Shown here one piece after another: positions 37,788 through 48,497 of a DNA stretch of 64,000 nucleotides (positions within the stretch are counted from its first letter, which is position 1; each line of letters begins with the position of its first letter). Position numbers and translations under genes: made by a program. The stretch is from positions 4,136,933 to 4,200,932 of the forward strand of contig CP097899.1 of assembly GCA_023639215.1 (NCBI GenBank). Reading direction: 5' to 3'. The stretch comes from Candidatus Pristimantibacillus lignocellulolyticus (GTDB taxonomy: Bacteria > Bacillota > Bacilli > Paenibacillales > Paenibacillaceae). Under the pieces are notes generated by a model. The model had not been told where the DNA came from, ran no database searches, and saw only the letters and a program-made list of their open reading frames with translations.

Positions 37788-38111
37788 TTATTTCAATTCA
37801 TTCTTCCCGTATCCAGTTAAAAACTCGACAGTTTGAGCGTCATAGTGAGAGAAAAATTCACTTTCGCCTGTATCTAAAGCTTCTATTTTCTCCATTTCCT
37901 CGGGGGTTAATTCGAAGTCAAATACATTGATATTCTCTTCCATTCTAACTATATGTGTCGTTTTTGGAATAACGACTACACCTCTTTGAATTAGAAAGCG
38001 TAAAGCAACTTGTGCTGTAGATTTGTTGTGTGTGTCCCCTACTTCTTTCAATATGGCATTAGTGAAAAAATCGTTCCGTCCTTCTGAAAAAGGACCCCAT
38101 GATTCGATTTG
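37788..38111 (-). pseudogene. C-terminal fragment of an aldo/keto reductase
   Basis: In-frame QIESWGPFSEGRNDFFTNAILKEVG..HNKSTAQVALRFLIQRGVVVIPKT...RMEENINVFDF; the N-terminal two-thirds are missing, replaced by an upstream terminator. Confidence 0.75.
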
Positions 38112-38191
38112 GTCAAGCGTTCTTTAAAACAAAAAAAGAATGTAAAAAACTCATTGTGTTGAGTTTTTCTACATTCTAAGCATCTAACTAA

Positions 38192-38719
38192 TCAAAACGG
38201 ATGGATAATATCTAAAGATTTGACTGCATCATTGAACTTTTGAACGAACGGTTTGGAGCCACTATATTCTTCAGGTAGATTTTCCAAAAAATCTTTTATT
38301 TCTTTTCTGTACTCTTTAAATTCCTCTGAACCAGCTTTATTATTATCCATAATCTGATCGAGCATGAATGAATAGTAATTAAATTTAAGCAAACCTAATT
38401 TGTTTTTAATATCAGGCAAATCTAGTTTTGAATACTTTCCTATATTATCCTCTAAATAAACAAGTCGATCATATACAATGTTTAATCTAATATTAGATTC
38501 ATACATATCTTCTATAATCTGCATATCTTCCTTAGTATCATCGATTTGATCAAATGTCCTATCCAATGTGCTCACACTTTCATAGAAACTATTGTAATAT
38601 GTAGAGATTTTATCTTTTGAACCAAAAACATTTGAATATTGACTAACAAAAAACACGATCAATATAACATTTAGGAGAATAGAGATAAACATAATCGTGT
38701 TAAAGTAACCTCTCTTCAT
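38192..38719 (-). CDS. hypothetical protein with single N-terminal TM anchor
   Basis: MKRGYFNTIMFISILLNVILIVFF then a helical acidic domain; GAGGTG RBS before ATG 38719. Confidence 0.6.
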   Translation of the reverse strand: MKRGYFNTIMFISILLNVILIVFFVSQYSNVFGSKDKISTYYNSFYESVSTLDRTFDQIDDTKEDMQIIEDMYESNIRLNIVYDRLVYLEDNIGKYSKLDLPDIKNKLGLLKFNYYSFMLDQIMDNNKAGSEEFKEYRKEIKDFLENLPEEYSGSKPFVQKFNDAVKSLDIIHPF

Positions 38720-39024
38720 GTAATTCACCTCAATTGAAACTATCCATATAATGGAATAATTATATATTGGACTCTTACTATGGAGCAACATACAATGCAA
38801 GCGCTGCTGTTGACATTAGTAATGTAATAAGTAATACATGCTATCACAAATATACAAATCTATCAAAATCCAATATATTCAATATCTGTATTCTCTAATT
38901 ATAGTATTGCTTGGTTAAATAACACTATGATAGTATTTCATTTAATGGACTGTTAAATATTATCAATCCCCAACCTTAATCGCAATCCATATTAGTGAAG
39001 TGAATCCAATCGGAGGTGAAACGA

Positions 39025-40455
39025 ATGTTAATAGTAAATCGTGATGACGAACGCCCCATATGGCAACAACTTCTTGATCAGGCTATTTCTAATATTACAA
39101 CTGGAAAATGGCTTCCGGGTGAATTACTGTTACCTTCTCGCGAACTTGCATTATTGGTTGGTGTCTCACGCTCAACGATCCAGATCGTTTATGAAGAATT
39201 ATTCAGTCGTGGCTACACGGTTACTTCAAGACGAGGTGGTACACGGATAAGTGACTGGACTTCAAAAGCTAGCTTTACAGAGGAAGTATCACCTCGAGGT
39301 CCAATCACCCCAGAGTTACCTCACTTAAATGATGCGGTCAGTCATTTGCAAAGCTGGTTCAGAGGCAAAGAGCACCGTGAAGTGGAGATCGATTTCACAC
39401 CGCATGAGCCTTACTTGGATCAACATTTCCAAACAAATTGGAGGCATTCATTTTTACAAGCTTCTAAACATGCGGATCTAGCCAGTTGGGCTTATGGTAA
39501 TGCCTATGGTTTTGTGCCACTACGGGAACAGATTCAACGTTATTTGTCACTTGAGCGCGGTATACACGTTCATATTGATCAAATTATATTAACTTCAGGA
39601 GCACAGCATAGCCTAGATTTAATCGCTCAAGCACTTTTAACTGAAGGCGAAACGGTTTCAATAGAAGACCCAGGTTTTCCTGCTGCATGGATGTCGATGA
39701 AATATCGTCGAATGAATGTTGCAGCTGTCCCAGTCGATGATTATGGACTACAAGTCGAACACATTCACCCTCAATCAAAGCTTGTCTATGTAACACCATC
39801 ACATCAATGTGCGGTAGGGGTTATCATGTCGGAACCTCGCAAGCAACAGTTGCTACATATGGCAACCGAGCAACAATTTTGGATTGTTGAGGACGATTAT
39901 GATAGTGAGTTTCGCTATCGAGGTGACCCACTTCCGACTTTGTACAGCCAACAACCGCAAAATACGTTATATATGATGAGTTTTTCCAAAATGATTGCAC
40001 CTGGTATTCGTATATCAGCTATCGTTGGTCCAACGGAGGCTATTCGCCAACTGGCTCATGTCCATGAATTAACATATCGTCATCTTCCGATTATGGAGCA
40101 GTTAACACTTGCTCATTTTATCGAACACGGACATTTTATGCGTCATATGAGAAGAGTTAGAAATGTATATCGACGTAGACACGAAGCAATGACTAAAGCG
40201 ATCATCGCATCTGGTCTGAGTGAACGTTTTATATTGAGTGGTGTAGAAACGGGATTGCACATGCTTCTTGAAGCTGAAACTTCATTTGATGAAGAAACGA
40301 CAACAAACTTAGCACTAGAAAACGGAGTTCGTGTGTATCCACTTAGTACATATTGTTTGGAAAGTGATCGTAAAGGTTGGGTGCTAGGTTTCGCTAAAGT
40401 TGATGAGAAATCAATAGAAACAGGTATTAACCGTCTGGCGGAGATGCTGCTATAA
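39025..40455 (+). CDS. MocR/GabR family PLP-dependent regulator
   Basis: GntR wHTH (LPSRELA..VGVSRSTI...YEEL..RGY) plus aminotransferase-like domain (IEDPGF, YVTPSHQ, IVEDDYDSEFRY, SFSK Lys). Confidence 0.92.
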   Translation: MLIVNRDDERPIWQQLLDQAISNITTGKWLPGELLLPSRELALLVGVSRSTIQIVYEELFSRGYTVTSRRGGTRISDWTSKASFTEEVSPRGPITPELPHLNDAVSHLQSWFRGKEHREVEIDFTPHEPYLDQHFQTNWRHSFLQASKHADLASWAYGNAYGFVPLREQIQRYLSLERGIHVHIDQIILTSGAQHSLDLIAQALLTEGETVSIEDPGFPAAWMSMKYRRMNVAAVPVDDYGLQVEHIHPQSKLVYVTPSHQCAVGVIMSEPRKQQLLHMATEQQFWIVEDDYDSEFRYRGDPLPTLYSQQPQNTLYMMSFSKMIAPGIRISAIVGPTEAIRQLAHVHELTYRHLPIMEQLTLAHFIEHGHFMRHMRRVRNVYRRRHEAMTKAIIASGLSERFILSGVETGLHMLLEAETSFDEETTTNLALENGVRVYPLSTYCLESDRKGWVLGFAKVDEKSIETGINRLAEMLL

Positions 40456-40552
40456 TGCATGCATCTCCATCCTTTGTTGCAGCAGTTGCTAAGAAAGTTA
40501 TCAGTGCTGTTTCACGTCCCTTAGGTTCAGCTAATGCATTCTCCTATTCATT

Positions 40553-41287
40553 CTAATTAGCATTTTCGTTCCAGTAATATTCGTCAGGCAAATGTCGCTC
40601 ACCAAATATACTGGTCCCTACTCTAATGATTGTTGCTCCTTCTTCGATAGCAACCTTGAAATCTCCGGACATACCCATCGAAAGAATCTCCATTTGTACA
40701 CGTGGAAACTTCTTCTCCAAAATTTGTGTCTGAATTTGTTTTAGTAGTCTAAAGCACTGCCTAGTCTCTTCATTTGTAGCACCCAGTTTTCCTATGGTCA
40801 TCAAGCCTTTAATGTTCAACTTATCGAATTGCGATAATTGTTCAACCAACTCCAGTACTGATTGTGGCGAGATGCCAAATTTACTTTCTTCATAAGACGT
40901 ATTAACTTGCACTAAAATATCTATAGACTTATTTTCCCTAGTAAGCTGATATTGCAAAGCTTGCCCCAGTTTCAATCGGTCCACAGAATGAATGAGCGTG
41001 ACATATTTTAATATGTCCTTCACTTTATTAGTTTGCAAATGTCCGATAAAATGCCACTCCACTTGGTCGTACTGCTGCATAAGCGGGAACTTATCTCGCA
41101 ATTCTTGAACTTTATTTTCACCTAGCAATGTCTCACCTGCTTGTATAGCGCTTTGTAACTTTTTCAGCGGAACTGTTTTTGTCGCTAATAATAGTTTCAC
41201 ATCTTCTATATTGCGTCCTGAGGCTAGGCAAGCTAATTCCATCTGACCCCTTACGGATATTAAATTTTCTTTAACTAAATCGCCCAT
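40553..41287 (-). CDS. yggS: PLP homeostasis protein YggS/PROSC family
   Basis: LLLATKT (PLP Lys), GENKVQE, WHFIGHLQTNKVK, LSMGMSGDF, RVGTSIFG. Confidence 0.92.
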   Translation of the reverse strand: MGDLVKENLISVRGQMELACLASGRNIEDVKLLLATKTVPLKKLQSAIQAGETLLGENKVQELRDKFPLMQQYDQVEWHFIGHLQTNKVKDILKYVTLIHSVDRLKLGQALQYQLTRENKSIDILVQVNTSYEESKFGISPQSVLELVEQLSQFDKLNIKGLMTIGKLGATNEETRQCFRLLKQIQTQILEKKFPRVQMEILSMGMSGDFKVAIEEGATIIRVGTSIFGERHLPDEYYWNENAN

Positions 41288-41491
41288 ATTGCCCTTTCCT
41301 CCCTATCCCACAATGTACTTATGTTTTATTGCAAGTAATCTCTCGCTTATGGTTCTAACATTATTACAAAACCACAGTCCATATTAATTAGGACTGTGGC
41401 TTCCTTAGATCAGAAACTTGGATTAGTAACTTCGATCAAATACGAAAGGGACGAGTAGTCCATACAAAAATGTATACAGTTATCCATTTAA

Positions 41492-42022
41492 CTATTTCTT
41501 TTCTTTATACATTTTTTCTTCTTCTATCGGATTTCCTTTCGCCGTAATATGATAGGGATCAACACGGTACACTTGAACAGGAGAATGGAATATAGATGAC
41601 CGATATTTGTCTACATGCTGCTTGGATAACGGACGGTCATAATAACCAGGAACATATTTTTGGAACATTTCCTGCAACATATAGGTAGCTTCATCCAGAT
41701 CAACAACCGGCTCAGCTTTTCCGAAAATGATAACACTCATATATGCAGTGTCCGTCTTAGCCGGTACAGGATCAGTAATCGTTCCATATTCTTCACATAC
41801 CGTAAAACAGACCTCGTTATTCTCACTCATAACTTGATTACGTCGCCCACCTGAGGCTCCGTGAAAATAAAGCTTTTCGTTTACCCATACAAAATTAAGG
41901 GGCACAACATATGGTAACTTTCCATCAACCATACCAAGGTTTCCGATTCTTGCTTTGCTTAAAAAGGTATCAATGATGTCCTTATCTAACACTTCTCTTA
42001 TCTTATAACGAACACTATCCAT
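41492..42022 (-). CDS. pyridoxamine 5'-phosphate oxidase-like FMN-binding protein (NimA-like)
   Basis: PYVVPLNF....LYFHGA..G, VCFTV, YMSVIIFG. Confidence 0.82.
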   Translation of the reverse strand: MDSVRYKIREVLDKDIIDTFLSKARIGNLGMVDGKLPYVVPLNFVWVNEKLYFHGASGGRRNQVMSENNEVCFTVCEEYGTITDPVPAKTDTAYMSVIIFGKAEPVVDLDEATYMLQEMFQKYVPGYYDRPLSKQHVDKYRSSIFHSPVQVYRVDPYHITAKGNPIEEEKMYKEKK

Positions 42023-42214
42023 TCTTGACCACTCCTATATATTGATTTATTTTCGTTAGTATAGCAGTCATTGGATTGATTTGTTACATCCATAAGTATG
42101 CTTCATAAGCAATCCATAATGGAAATAGTTATAAAACAAGGAAGTCAACTACACGGAACATTCGCTCGATAAACACATAAAAAGATGCTAATTAGATTAG
42201 CACCTTTTTATGGA

Positions 42215-43306
42215 TTATGTCTGTTGATGATGCATAGAGGCTACATGGCAATCCGTGCATACTTCGATAAATAGCGTACCTTCGCTGTAATCCATCAATG
42301 TATCCCAACGGATCTGGGCGATATATTTCATCGGTTTACTGCAATCTGGACAATTAACATATTGCCAGTCCTGAACCCAAGAAGCAAATCCACCGATTGT
42401 ATTAATATCTTCACTACCAACTCCATAAAAAAGTGGAACCGGTGATTTTCCTAATATGTATGAGTTAGAAGATAGTGCCTCTATCACCTCTTCATTCATC
42501 TCGTCATCTAATTCGTTATAAGGGAAGATAGCGCTACTTTCTCCATCTAATGTAAATCGACTGAAAACAGCATCAGTATAGCAACAGCAATTAGGACAAC
42601 AAGTAGCGGTGAATATGCCATCCATCTCTAGAAAGCTTAACCGCTCATCTCGTCCATCTAGCACCAGTATATCTACTAGTTGTCTTTTGCAGTGTGGACA
42701 TGTATCCGTGCGAGACGTCCCAATTAGGGCAGATTTGTCTATACTTTTATCTCCCTTCTCCATAGCATAACAAGTAGCAAAATTCAATTCACGACGATTT
42801 CCCGTTCGGTCGAAAGTCCATCCGCCCGCCTGTGCATAGATCGAGGGATCTACAAAAAGGTTTTGACTCCACGGAGCGGGATTAAGCTCCAGCTCCAACA
42901 ACGTTTCCAATGCCCTTTCATCGCCTTGCATTGCGAGACAACTCATCAGATTGTTCGCCTCGTGAGCATCAGTAGTTTGTAGTAATAACTCGATTAGACC
43001 ATCACGCACATCAACTGGAGCATGATAATAAAGCTGCTCCATCGAAAATGCTTTGGCTGCCAACGCTGCTCGCTGTAGCTCTGGAGGAAAAATGCCACGG
43101 AGCTCCAACAGCTTACTGCAATCTTTATATTCAACCGTATCCCATTTAACCAATCGGTCAGCATGAGCAATAAGATGTTGGATTTTAACCGCAATCTGCT
43201 CATCCGTCCATCCCAATACCTCATTGCGTTCCTGCTCAGTACGACATTTCCAACATACTCCTTCAAAACCTATCGGAGCATCACAATTCTGACAGTTAAA
43301 CTTCAT
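42215..43306 (-). CDS. conserved Cys-rich protein with C-terminal YwqG/DUF1963-like domain
   Basis: N-terminal CxxC..CxxC; C-terminal IGGFASWVQD....CPDC..PM.YIAQ...GT.F...C..C......QQT. Confidence 0.55.
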   Translation of the reverse strand: MKFNCQNCDAPIGFEGVCWKCRTEQERNEVLGWTDEQIAVKIQHLIAHADRLVKWDTVEYKDCSKLLELRGIFPPELQRAALAAKAFSMEQLYYHAPVDVRDGLIELLLQTTDAHEANNLMSCLAMQGDERALETLLELELNPAPWSQNLFVDPSIYAQAGGWTFDRTGNRRELNFATCYAMEKGDKSIDKSALIGTSRTDTCPHCKRQLVDILVLDGRDERLSFLEMDGIFTATCCPNCCCYTDAVFSRFTLDGESSAIFPYNELDDEMNEEVIEALSSNSYILGKSPVPLFYGVGSEDINTIGGFASWVQDWQYVNCPDCSKPMKYIAQIRWDTLMDYSEGTLFIEVCTDCHVASMHHQQT

Positions 43307-43441
43307 TATTATAGACTCCTTTCATTAATGGGGTTAATGATTATGCTTTCTAGCTAATATTCTTTTTATTATCGGGTTATACTTGAATTGGATTTGATGA
43401 TTATTCATATCGGTCACTCACATTCATACAATTTTAGTATA

Positions 43442-43795
43442 CTATCCCTTTGGCATATACCAACCTGCTTCTTCGTCCCAAGCGGCCTCTGTACCGTCCA
43501 AATGTACATGCCAACTCCCATCAAAAATCGTTCTCCGAATATCGGTCAAACAATCTAACCAATAAAACAATGCATAAACTGAATCTTCAAAGTTATTAGT
43601 TAAAGGTAGTTTAGTTGATCCTTTAAAGATTACTGTCGGTTGATCAAGATCATAGGTATAAACAAAGAATGATTCTGCAATATCGTTCAGTTCAAAACCA
43701 TCGTTATATTTATTAATAATGGCTGTTATCTCGTATGCTTCATTGTCAGTAACGATGTGATCTCTCTCACAAGTGTAATAAACAGAAACGCCCAT
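43442..43795 (-). CDS. small acidic hypothetical protein
   Basis: 117 aa ORF with AGGAG RBS; aromatic and acidic rich. Confidence 0.6.
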   Translation of the reverse strand: MGVSVYYTCERDHIVTDNEAYEITAIINKYNDGFELNDIAESFFVYTYDLDQPTVIFKGSTKLPLTNNFEDSVYALFYWLDCLTDIRRTIFDGSWHVHLDGTEAAWDEEAGWYMPKG

Positions 43796-43968
43796 ATGAC
43801 ATTGCTCCTTTTAAATTAGTGAATGACAAGGATCAAGTTTAACTCATTCTTATTATCTCGCGTACTATTTTACTTTTTTTCCATTGATTGTATAAGTATC
43901 TTAATACCTATAAACTATCGGGAATTATTTGTTGAGTGTTATCTAATACGTCGATAAAACTTTAAAAT

Positions 43969-43996
43969 AAAAAAACCGCGCCCAGCGCGGTTTTTT
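43969..43996. terminator. terminator after the OYE gene
   Basis: aaaaaaaccgcgc / gcgcggtttttt. Confidence 0.75.
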
Positions 43997-44050
43997 ATAA
44001 TGATAAATCTGTAGAAATTCCTCTTGTATTAAGCTTTAACTATAAGTATT

Positions 44051-45076
44051 TCACTTAAACCCAAAAGTATATTGTTTTGGTACATTCGTTTCTATTTTTA
44101 ATTGTTTTGCTGCTTCTAATGACCAGTATGGATTTCTCAGCATACCTCGACCTACAGCAACTAGATCAGCTTCCTCATTACCAATTACTGCATTAGCGAG
44201 TATCGCATCATCAAGTCTTCCTACTGCAATTACAGGAACATCAAGCGTATTTTTGATTTCTTTAGCTAAAGGAACCTGATAGGCCGCATGTGTACCTGGT
44301 CTGCCCCACGCCGCTATTTGGCCCTCTCCGCCTGACGATACATCAAACATGTCTACTCCAGCATCCTTGTAAACGCGAGAGAACTGAATACTTTCGTTAA
44401 TGCCATAGCCACCTTCTACATACTCTTTTGCAGATATACGCATGATTAGAGGCATATCCTCAGGCATTTCTGATTTGACTGCTTGTATAATTTCTTTACC
44501 AAATTTAGTTAGATCTTGACCATATTCATCTTCCCTTTTATTTGTAAGTGGAGAATGGAATTGATGGATTAGATAACCATGGGCACCGTGAATTTCAATA
44601 GAATCGAATCCTGCTTCGACAGCTCTTCTCGCTGCACTACGGAATTTCTCTACTAATCCTTTTACTTCATCAGTTGAAAGTGCTCTTGGTGTTTTGTAAT
44701 TCTCATCGAAAGGAATTGCAGAAGGAGCGACAGGAACTATTGCATCTTCTGCTTTACGTCCAGCATGCGCGATTTGAATTCCGACTTTAGTTCCGTATGC
44801 ATGACATGCATCGACTATTCTTTTTAGAGGTTGAATTTGTTCATCAGACCATAATCCGAGATCGTAGTCAGAGATACGACCATCCGGTTCTACGTCGGTC
44901 ATTTCAATGATTATCATACCAGCTCCGCCAACAGCACGACTCACATAATGCAAATAGTGCCATTCTGTCGCAATTCCGTCTTTTTTCTCGACCGAATATT
45001 GGCACATAGGTGGCATAATGATACGGTTTTTCAATTCCATGCCTTTAAACTTGTATGGTGAAAATAAATTAATCAT
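44051..45076 (-). CDS. namA: NADH:flavin oxidoreductase, old yellow enzyme (YqjM/NamA-like)
   Basis: LKNRIIMPPMCQYS, QIAHAGRKA, IEIHGAHGYLI, VGRGMLRNPYW. Confidence 0.8.
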   Translation of the reverse strand: MINLFSPYKFKGMELKNRIIMPPMCQYSVEKKDGIATEWHYLHYVSRAVGGAGMIIIEMTDVEPDGRISDYDLGLWSDEQIQPLKRIVDACHAYGTKVGIQIAHAGRKAEDAIVPVAPSAIPFDENYKTPRALSTDEVKGLVEKFRSAARRAVEAGFDSIEIHGAHGYLIHQFHSPLTNKREDEYGQDLTKFGKEIIQAVKSEMPEDMPLIMRISAKEYVEGGYGINESIQFSRVYKDAGVDMFDVSSGGEGQIAAWGRPGTHAAYQVPLAKEIKNTLDVPVIAVGRLDDAILANAVIGNEEADLVAVGRGMLRNPYWSLEAAKQLKIETNVPKQYTFGFK

Positions 45077-45103
45077 CGTAAAAACTCCTTTGAAGTCATA
45101 TTA

Positions 45104-45152
45104 CATGCTTGCGCATGCATTAATAATAACACGACAAATTTTTATTTGTCAA
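45104..45152 (-). promoter_or_regulatory. sigma-A promoter of the OYE gene with downstream dyad (candidate MarR operator)
   Basis: TTGACA-N18-TATTAT with TGn; CATGC-N4-GCATG at 45104-45117. Confidence 0.5.
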
Positions 45153-45201
45153 ATAAAAAGCAACCCAGTGTAATCACCGAGTTGCTTTTCTTAGATTTGA
45201 T

Positions 45202-45636
45202 TTATTCTTGGCTTTGAAATTGTTGGACTATTGATTGAAGTTCCTTTTGAAATCCATCTTGTAATTGAATTTCTTTAAAAATTTCGTTTACCGTAACTAA
45301 TGCCTTTTCACATTTTTCCTCGCCGTACTCCGTTAAACGAGTATATATGCCTCGTCGATCATCTTCACAGATGCTTCGCTGCAAAGCACCACAATTTTTG
45401 GCTTCCATCCTGCCTACCAATCTGGATATTGCACTTTGACTTAGACCTACCATTTCTTGCAATTGCTGAAGTCTTAATTTTTTTTCACTAGTTTGAGATA
45501 AAAAATAAAGAACGTAAAATTCTTTTAATGATAAGTTGTATCTATTTTGTAACTCAGTCTCTAATTTATTGTTAATGGTAGTTTGGATATCTGTGAAAGA
45601 CAACCAATTATTCAGAAGTTTGTTATTATGCATCAA
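45202..45636 (-). CDS. MarR family regulator
   Basis: LSQSAISRLVGRME, R..CEDDRRGIYTRLT. Confidence 0.9.
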   Translation of the reverse strand: MMHNNKLLNNWLSFTDIQTTINNKLETELQNRYNLSLKEFYVLYFLSQTSEKKLRLQQLQEMVGLSQSAISRLVGRMEAKNCGALQRSICEDDRRGIYTRLTEYGEEKCEKALVTVNEIFKEIQLQDGFQKELQSIVQQFQSQE

Positions 45637-45800
45637 TTATTCACCTGTTCTGTTTCTTAATATGGAATCGATTGGTTGATCATTTTGAACTTTGGATTTT
45701 TTGTTCAGAAATAGTATAACCTTTATTGCGTGACGAAACCAGCATTTTCATTAACTCCTGTTCTTATTTGATAAGCGGATAAAGGTACAAATATAAATAA

Positions 45801-45861
45801 GCCCGTACATGAGGAGGTACTGAAAAACTTAAGTTTCTCAGTACCCTCTTACATGACGGAC
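45801..45861 (-). terminator. long imperfect hairpin after katE
   Basis: ccgtacatgaggaggtactga / tcagtaccctcttacatgacgg; U-rich tail on the minus strand. Confidence 0.55.
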
Positions 45862-45931
45862 TCGTTTCAATCATTCAATAAGTATATTATTCAATTACAT
45901 CGTTCAATAATTTGCTTCACATCATTTGTTA

Positions 45932-47980
45932 TTAAATAACAGTTCTCTTCCAGAAGCGTTGTTTAGTAATAGCATTTATCAAATCAGTTGTGAATTGTTC
46001 TGTATCAGTCTCGATAACTACGCCTGGTTTTCCAACAAAATTATTTAATTCCATCCAGTTTTTAACCCCAGCATTTGCTCCAATTGGTTTATAGTGAGAA
46101 TATGCTTGGTCAATAAAATTAGCAGCAAGCTGATTAAACTTCTGGCTGTCGTTACTAGCGTTTACTAGGTAAACGGAGTCAAATTGCACAGATTTTGCTG
46201 TTAAAAAAGTATAGTCTGCTTTTATTCCTATTCCGTCTGTTCCTTCAACTACACCAATCTTTTCACTGATGATTTTTGGCATAATCCCTTCGGCTGTCAA
46301 ACGATTCAATACAAATTTCAAATTTGGACCGTTAAAGCCATCTGTAACAATGACGGCAACAGTGAGAGTCTTTGGACTAAATATCGTATTCTCCATACTG
46401 AGTGCTGGCGAAGACTGTGTGACAGTTGAACCACCCGAAGTTGGAGGATTTGCTCCTATAATTTTAGCAAATGAATTCGTTAATTCTAAACTCACGTTAG
46501 CAAACATATCGACAACTTGTTGTTTTACAGAATCACTTTTAACATTAGAAAGTTCAAAGCTGAATGCATCTATAATATGTTTTTTTTCAGTTGGACTCAT
46601 ACTATTCCAGAATAGCGTTGCTTGTGAAAAATGATCTTTAAAGCTATCACTTCTTGCACGAATTTTTCTACCTTCTACTTTTTCTTGATAAGTTTCATAT
46701 CCTCCTTCAGCTGGAGTAGCAGGTCTAGGCGTGTTTCCCGCTAAAGAATTTCGATGGTAACTGACTTTCCCCAAATTAATGGTTTGACGATGATATCCTT
46801 CACGCTGATTATTATGGAAAGGTACTACAGGTCTATTAATTGGAATTTCATGAAAATTAGGACCGCCAAGACGGATTAACTGTGTATCTAAATATGAAAA
46901 TAAACGGCCTTGAAGCAACGGATCATTCGTAAAATCGATTCCTGGTACAACATTCCCTAGATGGAAAGCCACTTGCTCTGTTTCTGCAAAAAAGTTATCG
47001 ACATTACGATTCAAGGTCATCTTGCCAATTATTTTTACGGGGATAATTTCCTCAGGCCATATTTTTGTCGCATCCAATATATCGAAGCCAAGGTTAAATT
47101 CATCTTGTTCATCTAGTATTTGAACGCCTAATTCATATTCAGGAAAGAAACCATTTTCAATAGCATGCCATAGATCGTTGCGATGAAAATCCGGATCGAT
47201 TCCTGCGAGCAAATGAGATTCATCCCAAACTAGAGAATGCACACCTAACAATGGCTTCCAGTGGAATTTCACAAAGTGCGCCTTTCCTTGTTCATTCACT
47301 AATCTAAACGTATGTACACCAAAGCCTTCCATCATTCGGAAACTTCTTGGTATCGCTCGATCAGACATAATCCACATAATCATATGTGCAGATTCTTGGT
47401 TGTTCGCTACAAAATCCCAGAAGGTATCGTGTGCAGTTGATGCTTGTGGTATATCATTATTAGGTTCTGGTTTAAATGAATGAACTAGATCTGGGAACTT
47501 AATTGCATCCTGAATGAAAAATACGGGGATATTATTACCTACTAAGTCGTAATTCCCTTCTTCGGTATAAAATTTCGTAGCAAACCCTCTTGCATCTCGT
47601 GCTGTATCTGAGGAACCTCGGGCTCCATTCACTGTAGAAAAGCGAACAAAAACAGGAGTTTTTGATGAAGTATCTTGCAAAAATTTTGCTCTCGTAAAAT
47701 CCTTCATATTTTCATATAATTCGAACACTCCATGTGCAGCAAACCCACGTGCGTGAACAACTCTTTCAGGTATACGTTCATGGTCAAAGTGAGTTAATTT
47801 TTCCCGGAAATGAAAATCTTCCATTAAAGTTGGTCCACGATCACCAGCTTTTAACGAAAATTCATCCTCAGATACTTTCAACCCTTGGTTAGTAGTTAGA
47901 AACTGCCCTTCATCATCCACTCGAAATGATTCAAGTTGTTCATTTTTACTATTTTCATTTACATTACGCTCATCATCCAT
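45932..47980 (-). CDS. katE: large-subunit catalase HPII
   Basis: [41 protein letters not shown]-terminal DJ-1/GATase-like domain. Confidence 0.93.
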   Translation of the reverse strand: MDDERNVNENSKNEQLESFRVDDEGQFLTTNQGLKVSEDEFSLKAGDRGPTLMEDFHFREKLTHFDHERIPERVVHARGFAAHGVFELYENMKDFTRAKFLQDTSSKTPVFVRFSTVNGARGSSDTARDARGFATKFYTEEGNYDLVGNNIPVFFIQDAIKFPDLVHSFKPEPNNDIPQASTAHDTFWDFVANNQESAHMIMWIMSDRAIPRSFRMMEGFGVHTFRLVNEQGKAHFVKFHWKPLLGVHSLVWDESHLLAGIDPDFHRNDLWHAIENGFFPEYELGVQILDEQDEFNLGFDILDATKIWPEEIIPVKIIGKMTLNRNVDNFFAETEQVAFHLGNVVPGIDFTNDPLLQGRLFSYLDTQLIRLGGPNFHEIPINRPVVPFHNNQREGYHRQTINLGKVSYHRNSLAGNTPRPATPAEGGYETYQEKVEGRKIRARSDSFKDHFSQATLFWNSMSPTEKKHIIDAFSFELSNVKSDSVKQQVVDMFANVSLELTNSFAKIIGANPPTSGGSTVTQSSPALSMENTIFSPKTLTVAVIVTDGFNGPNLKFVLNRLTAEGIMPKIISEKIGVVEGTDGIGIKADYTFLTAKSVQFDSVYLVNASNDSQKFNQLAANFIDQAYSHYKPIGANAGVKNWMELNNFVGKPGVVIETDTEQFTTDLINAITKQRFWKRTVI

Positions 47981-48146
47981 TATTACCCCTCCTCATTCAT
48001 AAAATTTATGAGAATTTTCAAGAGAATAGACTAGAATGACACAAAACTAATAAACCAGTCACCGATTGTTTCGGCAACTGGTCTATATTAGATGGGTTTG
48101 GTTCAATTTCAAAGAAAACGTTATTTACCGTTTATTGCTTTAAGCT

Positions 48147-48497
48147 TTACTGTATCTCTAAATAGTCAATGTAAGCATCCCATGTTCCATTATCAGCTGT
48201 GACAATAAGTTCGATCTCTTGATTTCCAGTTCCATGACTGACATTATTTATAGTATAGACTGCTGGATTACTCCCTCCGTAATAGAAGGTACCCTTCAAC
48301 TGTCCACCGATCTTCAAGTCAACTCTGGCCATATTTGAGTTATTCGAAGCACCACGAAGTGAAAAACTATGGGTACCTGTCGTGAAATTTTGTGTGTATT
48401 TTACTGAATCATTGTTAGCGTATAAAGCAACTCCAGTGAACGGCGAACTAATATTACCTGTGTACTGCCCACTTTTCGTCATACTCTCTGCTTCTTT
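48147..48497 (-). repeat. copy 1 of a 351-bp duplicated CBM36-like coding module
   Basis: Matches 49298-49648 with 14 differences by manual count, all synonymous. Confidence 0.9.

Noticed and set aside
41372-41399. Inverted repeat as a definite MocR operator
   Set aside because: Equally consistent with an intrinsic terminator of the upstream oxidase-like gene (hairpin plus UUUU on the minus strand); kept only as a hypothesis in the B6 finding
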